From: Candidatus Poseidoniales archaeon
GTDB lineage: Archaea; Thermoplasmatota; Poseidoniia; Poseidoniales; Poseidoniaceae
Length of the DNA: 64,000 nt
NCBI GenBank assembly: GCA_038106355.1
Contig: JAYODQ010000001.1
Coordinates: 40,683-104,682, forward strand
Reading direction: 5' to 3'
Below the pieces are notes generated by a model that did no database searches, was not told where the DNA came from, and saw only the letters and a list, made by a program, of their open reading frames with translations. The first letter of the stretch is position 1. Every line of letters starts with the position of its first letter. The position numbers and the translations under genes are program-made. Below are positions 31,064 to 40,922 of the stretch, in pieces.

Positions 31064-32032
31064 CTAAATCAAATCTGTGTACACCTTCGGGGCTCGTGCT
31101 TGAACAATGGTTCGATACACGCCAAACATTGCCCACAACATGACCATGGCTAAGACAAGTATGATTCCCCACGACTGTGAGGTATCAACACTCCATGCAA
31201 AGATGATGACCATAATCAGGGACACGATGGTTCTGCGGATGCCTTGAGGTATCGCAAGACTCATGTCTAAATGTGGTGGCCCTCCACCGAATTTACGTTC
31301 GTAAAATTCTCCTTGAATGACTGCACCAACCAAGATTAATGCAAGTGTAGTCCAATAATACAAATTGCCATTTGCAAAGAAATTGTGAGCGATACTTTCT
31401 TGTCGCTCAGCTTCAAGTGCATCTGGGTCTTCGACAGCAACAAACAATGAATCATAATCACCAACGCTAATGGTTCGAAGCGAAATGTCGTCGAGGGCAA
31501 CAATTGCTGCATCTGAGGGACCAGGTATAGAGAAAGAAAGAATATTCCAATGGTCTAATTCATTTGGAATGCCATCTCCATTGACAGCGTTGCCAGCCAG
31601 TTGAAATGCTACAGGCCCAAGGTCTTCGTCTGGGGCAACCCAAGTGATGACCCAAGAGTTTCCTGGCTCTAGTTGCGAAAGTGCTGCAACATCTTCATTG
31701 TTTGCATCCTTGACGATTTGGCTTCCGACACCAGGAATCAATTCACCCTTTTCATAGGCATGAATGACAAATCCACCTTCATCATTTGAAGCATGACTCA
31801 ATGAGATGGTCATTTGATACGCCTGACTCAAATTATAAGTTCTGGGGACACCAGAAATTGACAAAACAAGTTCAGTTGATGGTGAACCTCCTCCGTGACA
31901 TGTGCACCCAGTTTCTACGATGGGGTCACCATTATTTATCCAAGGAGGACCATTTGGGTTGCCCATGACTGGTGCGATGAGTAACATCGAAAACACGAGC
32001 GTCGAGAGGAAGAATTTACGCTTTAATGTCAT
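31064..32032 (-). CDS. Reeler-like (choice-of-anchor V-like) domain membrane protein with CxCH motif
   Basis: Signal peptide; GCTCHGG; W..TWVAP...GNAVNGDG...D.W Reeler-type motif; three C-terminal TM segments. Confidence 0.75.
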   Translation of the reverse strand: MTLKRKFFLSTLVFSMLLIAPVMGNPNGPPWINNGDPIVETGCTCHGGGSPSTELVLSISGVPRTYNLSQAYQMTISLSHASNDEGGFVIHAYEKGELIPGVGSQIVKDANNEDVAALSQLEPGNSWVITWVAPDEDLGPVAFQLAGNAVNGDGIPNELDHWNILSFSIPGPSDAAIVALDDISLRTISVGDYDSLFVAVEDPDALEAERQESIAHNFFANGNLYYWTTLALILVGAVIQGEFYERKFGGGPPHLDMSLAIPQGIRRTIVSLIMVIIFAWSVDTSQSWGIILVLAMVMLWAMFGVYRTIVQARAPKVYTDLI

Positions 32033-32101
32033 TCGTTCACCAAACCTACCACATAAACTCGTCATTTGAATGTTGCTTTACTTCGTTGTGAAATTCAAGG
32101 A

Positions 32102-33550
32102 CTATGACTCTTTAATTGAATTATTGAGTGAGGTCATCATTGCTTTTCCATCGCCAAACAGCATCATAGTTTTATCCATGTAGAAGAGGTCGTTGTCAAC
32201 CCCAGCATAACCGACAGATAACGATCTTTTGACAATAACAACCGTTCTTGCGAGGTCGGCATCAATGATTGGCATTCCTGCAAGGGGTCCTTCCCCAGTT
32301 CGAGCCGCTGGGTTACATGTATCGTTTGCTCCAATGATAAGAGCAACATCGCATTCAGGAAATTCTGAATTTATTTCGTCCATTTCGATGAGTTGTTCAT
32401 AAGGAACATTCGCTTCTGCAAGCAAGACATTCATGTGACCGGGCATTCTTCCAGCAACGGGGTGAATTGCGTATTTCACTTCAGTTTCGTACTTTTCAGC
32501 GATAAGATCACCGAATTCCTTAACTTGGTGCTGACATTGTGAAACCGCCATGCCATAGCCTGGAACGATGATGACTTTTTGGGCACCGTCAAGAATCATT
32601 GCAACCTCGTCGGGGTCTGAACCTACTTTGGTTCGTGTAAGGGCTTCTTTCACGCTTCCTCCAAAGGATTTGAACAATACATCTGCCAAAGTTCTGTTCA
32701 TTGCTTTACACATGATGAACGTGAGAATAAGACCCGATGCCCCTACGAGTGAACCTGCAACAATCAACACTGAATTTTGGATAATGAAACCGGTAAAGGC
32801 TGCTGCGATTCCGGAGAGAGAGTTGAGCAAGGATACAACGACAGGCATATCCGCACCTCCGATGGGCAACACTAGGATAATGCCGAGCAAGCACGATATG
32901 GCAACGATAGCGTAGAGGTACTGGACATTGTCTGGTTCATTGATACTCAAATAAATGAGGGCAAACACACCAACCATGAGCAATGCTTTGATTGGATTGA
33001 GCCAACTTGGGCCCCATGTTGGTGTTCGAATCCATTTTCCAAAGATGGATACTCCACCTTTGAGTTTGTACATGGCGAGCAGTGAGCCTGTGAGCGTCAT
33101 CCATCCAACGAGGGCTGACAATCCGGCCGCGAGAACGACGATTCCCTTTGTGAGATCATCAGGAAAAACACTGGCATCTTGGGCATACTTCCAGGACTCA
33201 GAAAAAGCAACAAGTGCAGATGCTGCACCGCCGAAACCATTGAACAATGCTACCATTTCTGGCATGCCAGTCATCTCTACTTTGACAGCCATGATGTAAC
33301 CGATAAGAGAGCCCAATGCTAGTCCTGCAACGATGAGTGTCCAGTTCATGGGGTCATTCGAGTTTGATTGCAATTGCATATCTAGAACAGTTGTGATGAC
33401 GGCAATGAGCATACCGATTGCACCGTACAAGTTGCCACGAGGTGCGGTCCGTGGGTGGCCCAACTTCTTAAGGCCGAAAATAAAGAATGAAGCGGAGAGG
33501 AGATAGCCAAGAGCCGTCCAATTTGAGAGAATTCCTTGCAGGTCGACCAT
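32102..33550 (-). CDS. pntB: NAD(P) transhydrogenase subunit beta
   Basis: MPEMVALFNGFGG, IGGADMPVV, VPGYGMAV, HPVAGRMPGHMNVLLAEA. Confidence 0.97.
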   Translation of the reverse strand: MVDLQGILSNWTALGYLLSASFFIFGLKKLGHPRTAPRGNLYGAIGMLIAVITTVLDMQLQSNSNDPMNWTLIVAGLALGSLIGYIMAVKVEMTGMPEMVALFNGFGGAASALVAFSESWKYAQDASVFPDDLTKGIVVLAAGLSALVGWMTLTGSLLAMYKLKGGVSIFGKWIRTPTWGPSWLNPIKALLMVGVFALIYLSINEPDNVQYLYAIVAISCLLGIILVLPIGGADMPVVVSLLNSLSGIAAAFTGFIIQNSVLIVAGSLVGASGLILTFIMCKAMNRTLADVLFKSFGGSVKEALTRTKVGSDPDEVAMILDGAQKVIIVPGYGMAVSQCQHQVKEFGDLIAEKYETEVKYAIHPVAGRMPGHMNVLLAEANVPYEQLIEMDEINSEFPECDVALIIGANDTCNPAARTGEGPLAGMPIIDADLARTVVIVKRSLSVGYAGVDNDLFYMDKTMMLFGDGKAMMTSLNNSIKES

Positions 33551-33879
33551 CAGTTCTTCCCCCTATTTTTGCCAGCAATCATATTCAGCATTCGATTGGT
33601 TACGGCGAATCCACCCACGACGTTGATCATGGCAAGAACGAGTGCAATAAATGCAAGGATACCCGAGAGTTCGGTGTTTCCTTGGTCGAAAGCCACGTTT
33701 GAACCGATGAGTGCTCCTACAACGCTGATGCCAGAAATTGCATTCGCACCACTCATCAATGGAGTGTGCAATGTGGCGGGCACTTTGGTAATCAATTCAA
33801 AGCCAAGGAAAATTGCCAGCAAAAAAAGTGTCAAATTTGCGATGAGCATATCTTCAGTAATAATTTCAAGCACCATCAA
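33550..33879 (-). CDS. pntA: NAD(P) transhydrogenase subunit alpha, part 2 (membrane)
   Basis: VPATLHTPLMSGANAISG, NVVGGFAVTNRML. Confidence 0.95.
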   Translation of the reverse strand: MMVLEIITEDMLIANLTLFLLAIFLGFELITKVPATLHTPLMSGANAISGISVVGALIGSNVAFDQGNTELSGILAFIALVLAMINVVGGFAVTNRMLNMIAGKNRGKN

Positions 33880-35069
33880 ATCATCTCCATCAATCGCGTT
33901 TGTTTGGTATGTACTTCTCCGTCTTTTGTCAAAAGCACACCCCCCATACCCTTCACAAAAAAGTCAGACCCCTCGGGGGCACCTACCAAAATGTCGTCCT
34001 CATCACTCAAGACAACGTGACCGTCTTTGACAAGAGAGGTGAAAAATGTGGTCAAGTTGTTTGAATACAACATGCTTGCGGTGTTTGCAAGAGTCCCTGG
34101 TAAATTCGAAGTTCCTACAACAATCACACCATTTGAGGTTGTTATGACCTCACCTGGCTTGGTCGCTTCGCAATTGCCACCTACATCTGCATTCATATCC
34201 ACAACAACCGCTCCGGATTTGAATGAATCAACTGCAGACTGAGGTACGGTAATAGGCGCTGGCCGACCGAATATGCGAGCTGTGGTAATGATGATATCTG
34301 CATCCTTTGCGACTGCACAGACAGTATCGTTTACTTTTTGAATAAATTCTGGGGTTAGTGGCTTAGCATATCCAGACTCATCTTCAAAGTCATCCATTCC
34401 ATCGACTTCGATAAATCGGCCACCGACCGATTCGATTTGCTCTGCAGCACTTTTTCGTACGTCCGAAGCATACACAATGGCACCGAGTCGTTTTGCAGTG
34501 GCGATAGCTTGCAAACCTGCAACTCCACTTCCCATCACGACCACTTTTGCAGGTTTGACAGTCCCTGCAGATGTAGTCATCATCGGAATGCCCTTAGGTA
34601 CATGAGCTGCACCGAGCAATACTGCTTTGTATCCAGAAAGATTATCTTGACTAGAATTGACATCCATTGACTGTGCACGGGAGAGTCGACGAGGAATCAT
34701 ATCCATCGAGAGTAAATTGACTCCCTTCTCTTTGCAAGCAGATACGCGGTCAGGATGTCGAAAAGGATCTGCAACACATGCAATGTTTGTTCCGCTTTGT
34801 AATTCATCGATGCTGGGGAATTGAATTGAGAGAATATTTTCGCAGGCAAATACTTCTGACCTTGAGACCAAAGAAGCCCCTGCTTCAACATATTCTTCAT
34901 TGTTGTAATTTGCAAGGAGTCCGGCGTCATGTTCTACAAAAATTTTGAATCCTGCCTTCGATAATTTCTTGATGCTGGAAGGGACCAAACCGACACGAGT
35001 TTCACCTTCTGGTTCTTTAGGAACACCCAATCGAAGTGCCGAATTTTTGCTTGATGATTCATCAGTCAT
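33876..35069 (-). CDS. pntA: NAD(P) transhydrogenase subunit alpha, part 1 (domain I)
   Basis: GVPKE...ETRV, RAQSMD, TSAGTVKPAKV, GVAGLQAIATAKRLGA. Confidence 0.96.
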   Translation of the reverse strand: MTDESSSKNSALRLGVPKEPEGETRVGLVPSSIKKLSKAGFKIFVEHDAGLLANYNNEEYVEAGASLVSRSEVFACENILSIQFPSIDELQSGTNIACVADPFRHPDRVSACKEKGVNLLSMDMIPRRLSRAQSMDVNSSQDNLSGYKAVLLGAAHVPKGIPMMTTSAGTVKPAKVVVMGSGVAGLQAIATAKRLGAIVYASDVRKSAAEQIESVGGRFIEVDGMDDFEDESGYAKPLTPEFIQKVNDTVCAVAKDADIIITTARIFGRPAPITVPQSAVDSFKSGAVVVDMNADVGGNCEATKPGEVITTSNGVIVVGTSNLPGTLANTASMLYSNNLTTFFTSLVKDGHVVLSDEDDILVGAPEGSDFFVKGMGGVLLTKDGEVHTKQTRLMEMI

Positions 35070-35224
35070 GCGTTATCACCGTCCATATGAGATTGTGGAC
35101 ATTCTTTCCCAATCAAACGAGGTTTTTCAATACCACGCTAATGAACTTTCAAATCAAAGATTGAGAATATGAAACCATTTACCTTATGGACTTGAGCAAG
35201 AAGCGGGCAAACAGACGTGAGAAC

Positions 35225-36160
35225 ATGAGGGGTCAACGCAAAATTGCAGTCATTGGAGCAGGAAATGTTGGTGCTACCTGCGCATTCGCATTAGCATCGA
35301 TGAAAATTGGACAAATTGTTTTGCTAGATATCTTTGAAGGCTTTGCGAAAGGAAAGGCACTTGATTTGTCTCAAAATTCAAACATTCTCAATTACGACGG
35401 CCAAATCATTGGTACATCGGATTATGCTGATATTGCAGGTTCAGATGTCGTTGTGGTGACAAGTGGTTTTCCACGAAAACCAGGTATGACTCGAGAGGAT
35501 TTGATTGGTAAAAATGCAGAAATTGTTGAACAAGTGGGTCAAGGTATCAAAGAACATGCTCCCGATTGTGTCATTGTGGTCGTAACGAACCCACTCGATC
35601 TCATGACCTATCACATGCAAAAAGTGACCGGTTTCCCTACAAATCGCGTGGTGGGTCAAGCTGGTGTTCTTGACAGTGCTCGAATGGCTCATTTTATTGC
35701 TCTTGAACTCAACTGTGCTGAAGAAGACGTTTCACCAATGGTCCTCGGTGGTCACGGTGATACGATGGTTCCGCTTCCTCGATACACGACGGTGGGTGGT
35801 ATTCCGATAACCCAACTGATGGATGAAGCGACCATTGAAGCCATCTCGCAGCGCACGGCAAGTGGTGGTGGCGAAATTGTAAAACTCCTAGGTAATGGCT
35901 CAGCATTTTATGCTCCAGGCTCGGCAGCCGCCATCATGGCTGAATCGATTTTAAATGACCGACGAAGAATGATTCCCGCATCTTGTTACCTTTCAGGACA
36001 ATATGGTCTTGATGACGTGTATATCGGAGTCCCGTGCATCATTGGGGCAAATGGTGTAGAAAGAATCTTTGAAATTGAGTTGAATAGTTCAGAGTTGGAA
36101 TCTCTCCAAGGCTCTGGTCAATTTTACAAGAGCCAGCTAAAAGAAATTCTAGGGTATTAG
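35225..36160 (+). CDS. mdh: Malate dehydrogenase (LDH-like)
   Basis: KIAVIGAGNVG, PRKPGMTREDL, VTNPLD, LDSAR, LGGHGD. Confidence 0.96.
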   Translation: MRGQRKIAVIGAGNVGATCAFALASMKIGQIVLLDIFEGFAKGKALDLSQNSNILNYDGQIIGTSDYADIAGSDVVVVTSGFPRKPGMTREDLIGKNAEIVEQVGQGIKEHAPDCVIVVVTNPLDLMTYHMQKVTGFPTNRVVGQAGVLDSARMAHFIALELNCAEEDVSPMVLGGHGDTMVPLPRYTTVGGIPITQLMDEATIEAISQRTASGGGEIVKLLGNGSAFYAPGSAAAIMAESILNDRRRMIPASCYLSGQYGLDDVYIGVPCIIGANGVERIFEIELNSSELESLQGSGQFYKSQLKEILGY

Positions 36161-36201
36161 ACAAATATACGCCCAGAATGGTTCGAGAAAGTTGAATCGA
36201 A

Positions 36202-36873
36202 TCATTTTGTATGGAACGCACCCGGAAGGAATGTCCATCGGATATCATTTGGCTCAACATGAGCGTAATGGCTCAATATCCTTGGTTCATTGGCTACTTT
36301 ATCATGATAAGCTAATAGGTGTGGGTATCGTTGGACCACTGAAACATCAATGCCATCATAATTTCCAGAAAAAAGAGCAAATACTTCAGTAAATAACTTT
36401 AGGTCAGCGATACTCATTTCATAAGTTTCAGCAGCCCATCCTGTGTTTGAATCTCGCAACTTGTCATCGAATTTCTGGAGTGATTCAGAGCAAGTACCTC
36501 CATGGTCAAACAAATTTTTCCGTAGGCGGATTCGCTCTGATTGGTCTGAAATTCCAAACGTCGTATCAAGCCCACGAGCTAAGGGCCCCATTCCATCAAT
36601 GAATTCATCTACTTTCGCTGCCAAGTATGGGTTTTCTGGAACCAATCCAGCGAACTTTCCAGCATAACGCAAAATTGCTGAGGACTCTGCTATTGTTCCA
36701 TACTCTGTTTGTAAGACAGGTAGCATATTCCAAGGTAATTCTCCACTTGCACGCATTGTATCGAATCGTTCACCATTGACTTCAACATCCTCCCATTCAA
36801 GTCCTGATAACGCTAAAGCAACCCTGCTTGCCTCTCCTCTGCCGGGAACTGGAAAATAGACCAATCTGTTCAT
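36202..36873 (-). CDS. Glutathione S-transferase, Tyr-type (sigma/pi-like)
   Basis: LVYFPVPGRGEASR, LPWNMLPVL, IAESSAILRY, SIADL. Start moved to ATG 36873. Confidence 0.9.
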   Translation of the reverse strand: MNRLVYFPVPGRGEASRVALALSGLEWEDVEVNGERFDTMRASGELPWNMLPVLQTEYGTIAESSAILRYAGKFAGLVPENPYLAAKVDEFIDGMGPLARGLDTTFGISDQSERIRLRKNLFDHGGTCSESLQKFDDKLRDSNTGWAAETYEMSIADLKLFTEVFALFSGNYDGIDVSVVQRYPHLLAYHDKVANEPRILSHYAHVEPNDIRWTFLPGAFHTK

Positions 36874-36895
36874 GCTCTTGCGAGGTTTAACGCAC

Positions 36896-37567
36896 TCATG
36901 ATTGTTGTTCTTCATCTTCTTGTCGATCAATACATAGCGATTGAGAGTATCCTTGAGTTGTGACATGTTCAGCAGGATTGTTTCTTCGCATCAATTTTTT
37001 CCCATGGAAACCACGGCTTCGCATTCTCGTCAGTATCTCCTGACCAATGTAGCAACCTTTGGCTTCATGGACCAAATGTTCTAATCCACAATTGAATGGA
37101 TGTAAATTTGGTACAATCTCATGGCCTTGGTGAGGTATCATGTTGTTGACTCGGTACTCATTAAATTCTTCAAGGGTCAATGTAATGTCAATTTGAATTG
37201 AACTCGAGGCAACAATGAGCCAACCACGAAATGTTGGTACAACTGTAATTCCATCAGCTGGAGGAAAATGTTCAGTGCTAAGATAGACCTTGTTGTTTGG
37301 CGTTATGTCCCGAATAGCAACATCTTGTTGAAGAATTTTCGATGTCAATTGCCGAAGAAGTTTTTCCTTGTAATTTGCAAAGCCCACAAGAGCAATTTGT
37401 TGACCGACCTCGATGACATCGACCATATCAATAATTTTCGCGTTTTGGTCAGTAAAAACTGTGGTGCAAGTTCCTGTTACTTTATTCGTAGATAAGCCAT
37501 CGACGAATTTTATGCAATCGTTACCTGAGAGAAGTAAGACGTACGAATCGAGTTGAATCAAACCCAT
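36896..37567 (-). CDS. ygfZ: YgfZ/GcvT-like folate-binding Fe-S maturation protein
   Basis: Signature KGCYIGQE; adjacent to iscA. Confidence 0.88.
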   Translation of the reverse strand: MGLIQLDSYVLLLSGNDCIKFVDGLSTNKVTGTCTTVFTDQNAKIIDMVDVIEVGQQIALVGFANYKEKLLRQLTSKILQQDVAIRDITPNNKVYLSTEHFPPADGITVVPTFRGWLIVASSSIQIDITLTLEEFNEYRVNNMIPHQGHEIVPNLHPFNCGLEHLVHEAKGCYIGQEILTRMRSRGFHGKKLMRRNNPAEHVTTQGYSQSLCIDRQEDEEQQS

Positions 37568-37576
37568 TGGGCAACC

Positions 37577-37957
37577 TCAAGAGAATGATTCGCCGCATCC
37601 ACAAGAACTTGAGGCATTGGGATTGTTAATTTTGAATCCCCCGCCCATTAACCTGTCAACATAATCTATTTCGATACCGTTGAGAAGGTGACTGCTTGCA
37701 TTGGGTACGAGCACACGAAAACCGTTGATTTCCAATTCTTGACAATCGATGTCGGTACTTTCTACAATTTGCAAATCATACATGTAGCCTGAACAACCGC
37801 CAGAAAGTACGCCCACGAGGAGAGCATGACTTCGGTCATCTCCAAAAGCGTCTTCAAGCATTTCTGTAGCCTTTTGTGTCATCGTAAGTTCAACTTCAAC
37901 AACTTGAGGTGCATTGATGACAATTGCAGGTCCGGAGTCGCATGTGCCACAGTCCAT
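37577..37957 (-). CDS. iscA: A-type Fe-S cluster carrier (IscA/ErpA/HesB)
   Basis: GGCSG, NPNA, CGCGESF. Confidence 0.93.
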   Translation of the reverse strand: MDCGTCDSGPAIVINAPQVVEVELTMTQKATEMLEDAFGDDRSHALLVGVLSGGCSGYMYDLQIVESTDIDCQELEINGFRVLVPNASSHLLNGIEIDYVDRLMGGGFKINNPNASSSCGCGESFS

Positions 37958-38007
37958 GTTATTCCCACCATGTGGAGATTTTTGAATCTGTTTGTTGATG
38001 AACTCAT

Positions 38008-40275
38008 TTAGCGGTTTTTCTTGAGTTGCTGTTTCTTAAGAATTTCACATCGTCTAATTTGGTCTTTTGCTACGAGTTGTGTGGATTCATCAAGGCCACG
38101 TGGAATCGCCTGTTTGAAACATTTTATCGCATCAGTGTAACGTTCCATGGACGCATAAGCTGCCCCCATATTGTACAGAGTTTGTCCTCGAACATCGGTT
38201 GGACGTATCATCATTGCCTGATGGTACGATTCAATGCATTTTGGGAATTCCTCTAAGAAATAATACGCATTTCCTCGGCCATTGAGAATTCGAATGATCA
38301 TGCCTTCATCGTCTTTGAAGGATGTGAGTGCTTTATCAAAACTGGATAGTGCTTCACGATATTTCTTATCCTCAAGCAATAATATGCCCTGATTGTACCA
38401 TTGAATATCATGGTTTGCAATTGAACTTGATTGAGATGAAGTTGTTTGAACGCGTTGTAGTGCTTCAGTTGCATCCAATGCCGCCTTTGCTAAATCGACA
38501 ACGGGATTCTCCTCAACGACTCGAACAGGTCGAGGCTCAATTGGTGTTTGTAAAACGGAATTAGCGTGAAGTGTTTCTGGAGCAACATTGTGCGGTTCTG
38601 ATTGAACAGGCATTGGTTCAATTGGTTGAAGTAACAATTCGTGTTGAGCTGCATCAACATGTTGCGGAGGGTTTTGCTCAGTTGGCGAGGGTGACTCTTG
38701 ATGATACTGTACTTCTGATGCTTCAGTAGCCCCTTGAGGATTAAGGAGAGAACGTGCTTTGGCATGACATTTTTCAGCTTTTTCGATTTCACCCGCTCTC
38801 TCAAGAGAACGAGCTAAACCTGTCCAATGGTCGAACGAACCATCATTTTTAATCAGAGTTTTCCACATTGTTATGGATGCTACATGGTTGTTGGACAGTG
38901 AAAGTGCACGTGCATGTGCACCAGAGACCTCATCGCCTATGAATGACAATGCCTCAGTTGCCATTTCGGGGCCAGCAGGCAAGGTAGGAGGCAATCCTTG
39001 GGTGTTTTCGAGAATGGTTGATTCCCCTTCCGCTAAATCAAGGAGTACTTGGATGAGTTGATGCTTTGAAACTTCATTACCGAGACTTGTCAACGACCGC
39101 AATGAGTTGAGGTAATCTTCAATAAGTCCAGCATCCTTTGAGATTTGGTTGATGGCTTGAAGAGCCGAACTATTGCTTGAGTCAAGTATGACGGCTTGCT
39201 CAAAACTTCGTTTTGCTTCTATGGATTGACCCACGGTGCGTTGCAATTGACCTAAAGCCATCCAGCCTTCAAGACTGTCATTGTTCAAATTCAATGCGTG
39301 AGTTAATGATGCGATAGCATGTGTATCGTGCCCGAGTTTGGAGAGTGATAATCCTGCCATCATCCAAGCTTCTCCATTTGTGGCTGCAATACTCTTGAGA
39401 TGTGGCTTGAGTGTGGTAAATGTGTTTTTGAAATCTGATCGTTCAAAATGCTGACGTGCTTCATCAAGCAATTGATTGAGAACATCTTCTTCGTTGTGGT
39501 CCTCAATCTCTGGTTCAGGTTCACTGGTCAGAGTTTCAATGGTCTGCTCTTGAGTGGTCGCTTGTAAAGCGGATTCTTTTGCAACAACCATACTTGCTGC
39601 ACTTCGTAATTCTTCGATGTCAAGGTGCTGATTGTCATCCTCGTCGTGATGGACAGCTTCGGCAAGCACATCTTCTGGATTTTCAAGCCCAGCTTCTTCA
39701 AGAACGGATTGCATTTCTTCTTCATCGTAACTTTGCGTTAACTTGATGCTTGGTTGCATTGATTCAACTGCAATCGAGATACCACTGCCTTTGCATCGAG
39801 ATTGAACATCAAGTAATGCAGGGTGCCCTGGGAAGAACGACAGTGCACGTTTGGCTGTTTCGTATGCACCCTCCAAGTCTCCAATTCGCTCTAGCAAAAT
39901 AGCCATGTTTGCTGTTGCAGGAGCGTGGTCTGGGTTGAGGTCAAGACAGATTTGAAACGATTGTCGAGCCCCTCTTGCATCCTGCTGAGCTTCCAACAAG
40001 ACTCCTCGATTGAACCAAGCCATGTCACACGACGGGTCGAGGGCGATGGCTTTGTTGAAGGATGAAAGGGCCCCTTTGATGTCATTGTTTCGTGAAGCAT
40101 CTTCCCCCACAATAAGTAAGGCCTCAATTTCCCTTGAAATTTTGTCTTCTTCAGACTCTTCCTCAAAAGAATCGATTGTCGGTTCTTCTTCTGACATGGA
40201 TGTATCTCCTTGTTCATCTTGCGATATGTCATCTTGGTCATCATCCAAGTCGGTCTCGTAGATATCGTCCGTCAT
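38008..40275 (-). CDS. Tetratricopeptide repeat protein with acidic linkers
   Basis: Multiple TPRs (AWFNRGVLL, WYNQGILL, TLYNMGAAY). Start moved to ATG 40275 to avoid overlap with the divergent gene. Confidence 0.88.
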   Translation of the reverse strand: MTDDIYETDLDDDQDDISQDEQGDTSMSEEEPTIDSFEEESEEDKISREIEALLIVGEDASRNNDIKGALSSFNKAIALDPSCDMAWFNRGVLLEAQQDARGARQSFQICLDLNPDHAPATANMAILLERIGDLEGAYETAKRALSFFPGHPALLDVQSRCKGSGISIAVESMQPSIKLTQSYDEEEMQSVLEEAGLENPEDVLAEAVHHDEDDNQHLDIEELRSAASMVVAKESALQATTQEQTIETLTSEPEPEIEDHNEEDVLNQLLDEARQHFERSDFKNTFTTLKPHLKSIAATNGEAWMMAGLSLSKLGHDTHAIASLTHALNLNNDSLEGWMALGQLQRTVGQSIEAKRSFEQAVILDSSNSSALQAINQISKDAGLIEDYLNSLRSLTSLGNEVSKHQLIQVLLDLAEGESTILENTQGLPPTLPAGPEMATEALSFIGDEVSGAHARALSLSNNHVASITMWKTLIKNDGSFDHWTGLARSLERAGEIEKAEKCHAKARSLLNPQGATEASEVQYHQESPSPTEQNPPQHVDAAQHELLLQPIEPMPVQSEPHNVAPETLHANSVLQTPIEPRPVRVVEENPVVDLAKAALDATEALQRVQTTSSQSSSIANHDIQWYNQGILLLEDKKYREALSSFDKALTSFKDDEGMIIRILNGRGNAYYFLEEFPKCIESYHQAMMIRPTDVRGQTLYNMGAAYASMERYTDAIKCFKQAIPRGLDESTQLVAKDQIRRCEILKKQQLKKNR

Positions 40276-40385
40276 GTTACCACCACTCCTAAGCGAATCG
40301 CTTGATTGAATAAGCGTTGCTTCTCCTTGACTTCCCGACAAAACCTTACATTCATAATTCTGTGCCTTTTGGGTGCAATTGTGGT

Positions 40386-40922
40386 ATGATGAAAATTCTA
40401 GGTTTGTGCGGTGAGTATGGTCCAAATTCAAAAAGTGGTATGTTGGTAGGACTAGCGTTGAAATATGCTGAACAACAAGGTGCAGAAGTCGTCTTTTGGG
40501 ATGCAACCCAAACGCCACTTCCACTTGTTGGTGAAGAAGGTTGTTGGAATCACCCTCATGTGAAATTGTTTCAAGACCTATTGCTTGAGTGCGATGGTTT
40601 CCTTGTTGCCTCACCAGAATATCATGGGAGTTTGTCCGGTGTCATGAAGAACACCTTTGACTGGATGTACGATAAACATGTAGGGGGCAAGGTCTTCGGG
40701 CTCATGTCAACACTTGGCGGTATGTCGAACAGCAACACTATCAATCACATGCGTATTATTGTTCGGTGGTTACATGGTTGGTCCGTGCCTGAACAACTTG
40801 TGATTGGCCATGTGAAGGACGCATTTGACGAACATGGTCATTTGACTGATGAATCACTCAACCATCGATTGCATGATATCGTCAATTCTGTCATGAAGAC
40901 CGTTGAGAAATTTTCGTCGTGA
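40386..40922 (+). CDS. NADPH-dependent FMN reductase (flavodoxin-like; SsuE/ArsH superfamily)
   Basis: MKILGLCG, SPEYHGSLSGVMKN.FDW. Confidence 0.9.
   Translation: MMKILGLCGEYGPNSKSGMLVGLALKYAEQQGAEVVFWDATQTPLPLVGEEGCWNHPHVKLFQDLLLECDGFLVASPEYHGSLSGVMKNTFDWMYDKHVGGKVFGLMSTLGGMSNSNTINHMRIIVRWLHGWSVPEQLVIGHVKDAFDEHGHLTDESLNHRLHDIVNSVMKTVEKFSS

Noticed and set aside
33536..34030. Long antisense ORFs over pnt and other genes (e.g. 54770-55225) and the alternate-frame ORF 44082-44672
   Set aside because: Shadow ORFs of well-supported genes with no protein motifs.
40276..40614. Long N-terminal extensions in the ORF track (TPR protein; likewise tatC, hutI, pyrD, GST, rps19e)
   Set aside because: They overlap neighbouring genes and precede the recognisable domain starts; downstream ATGs fit better.
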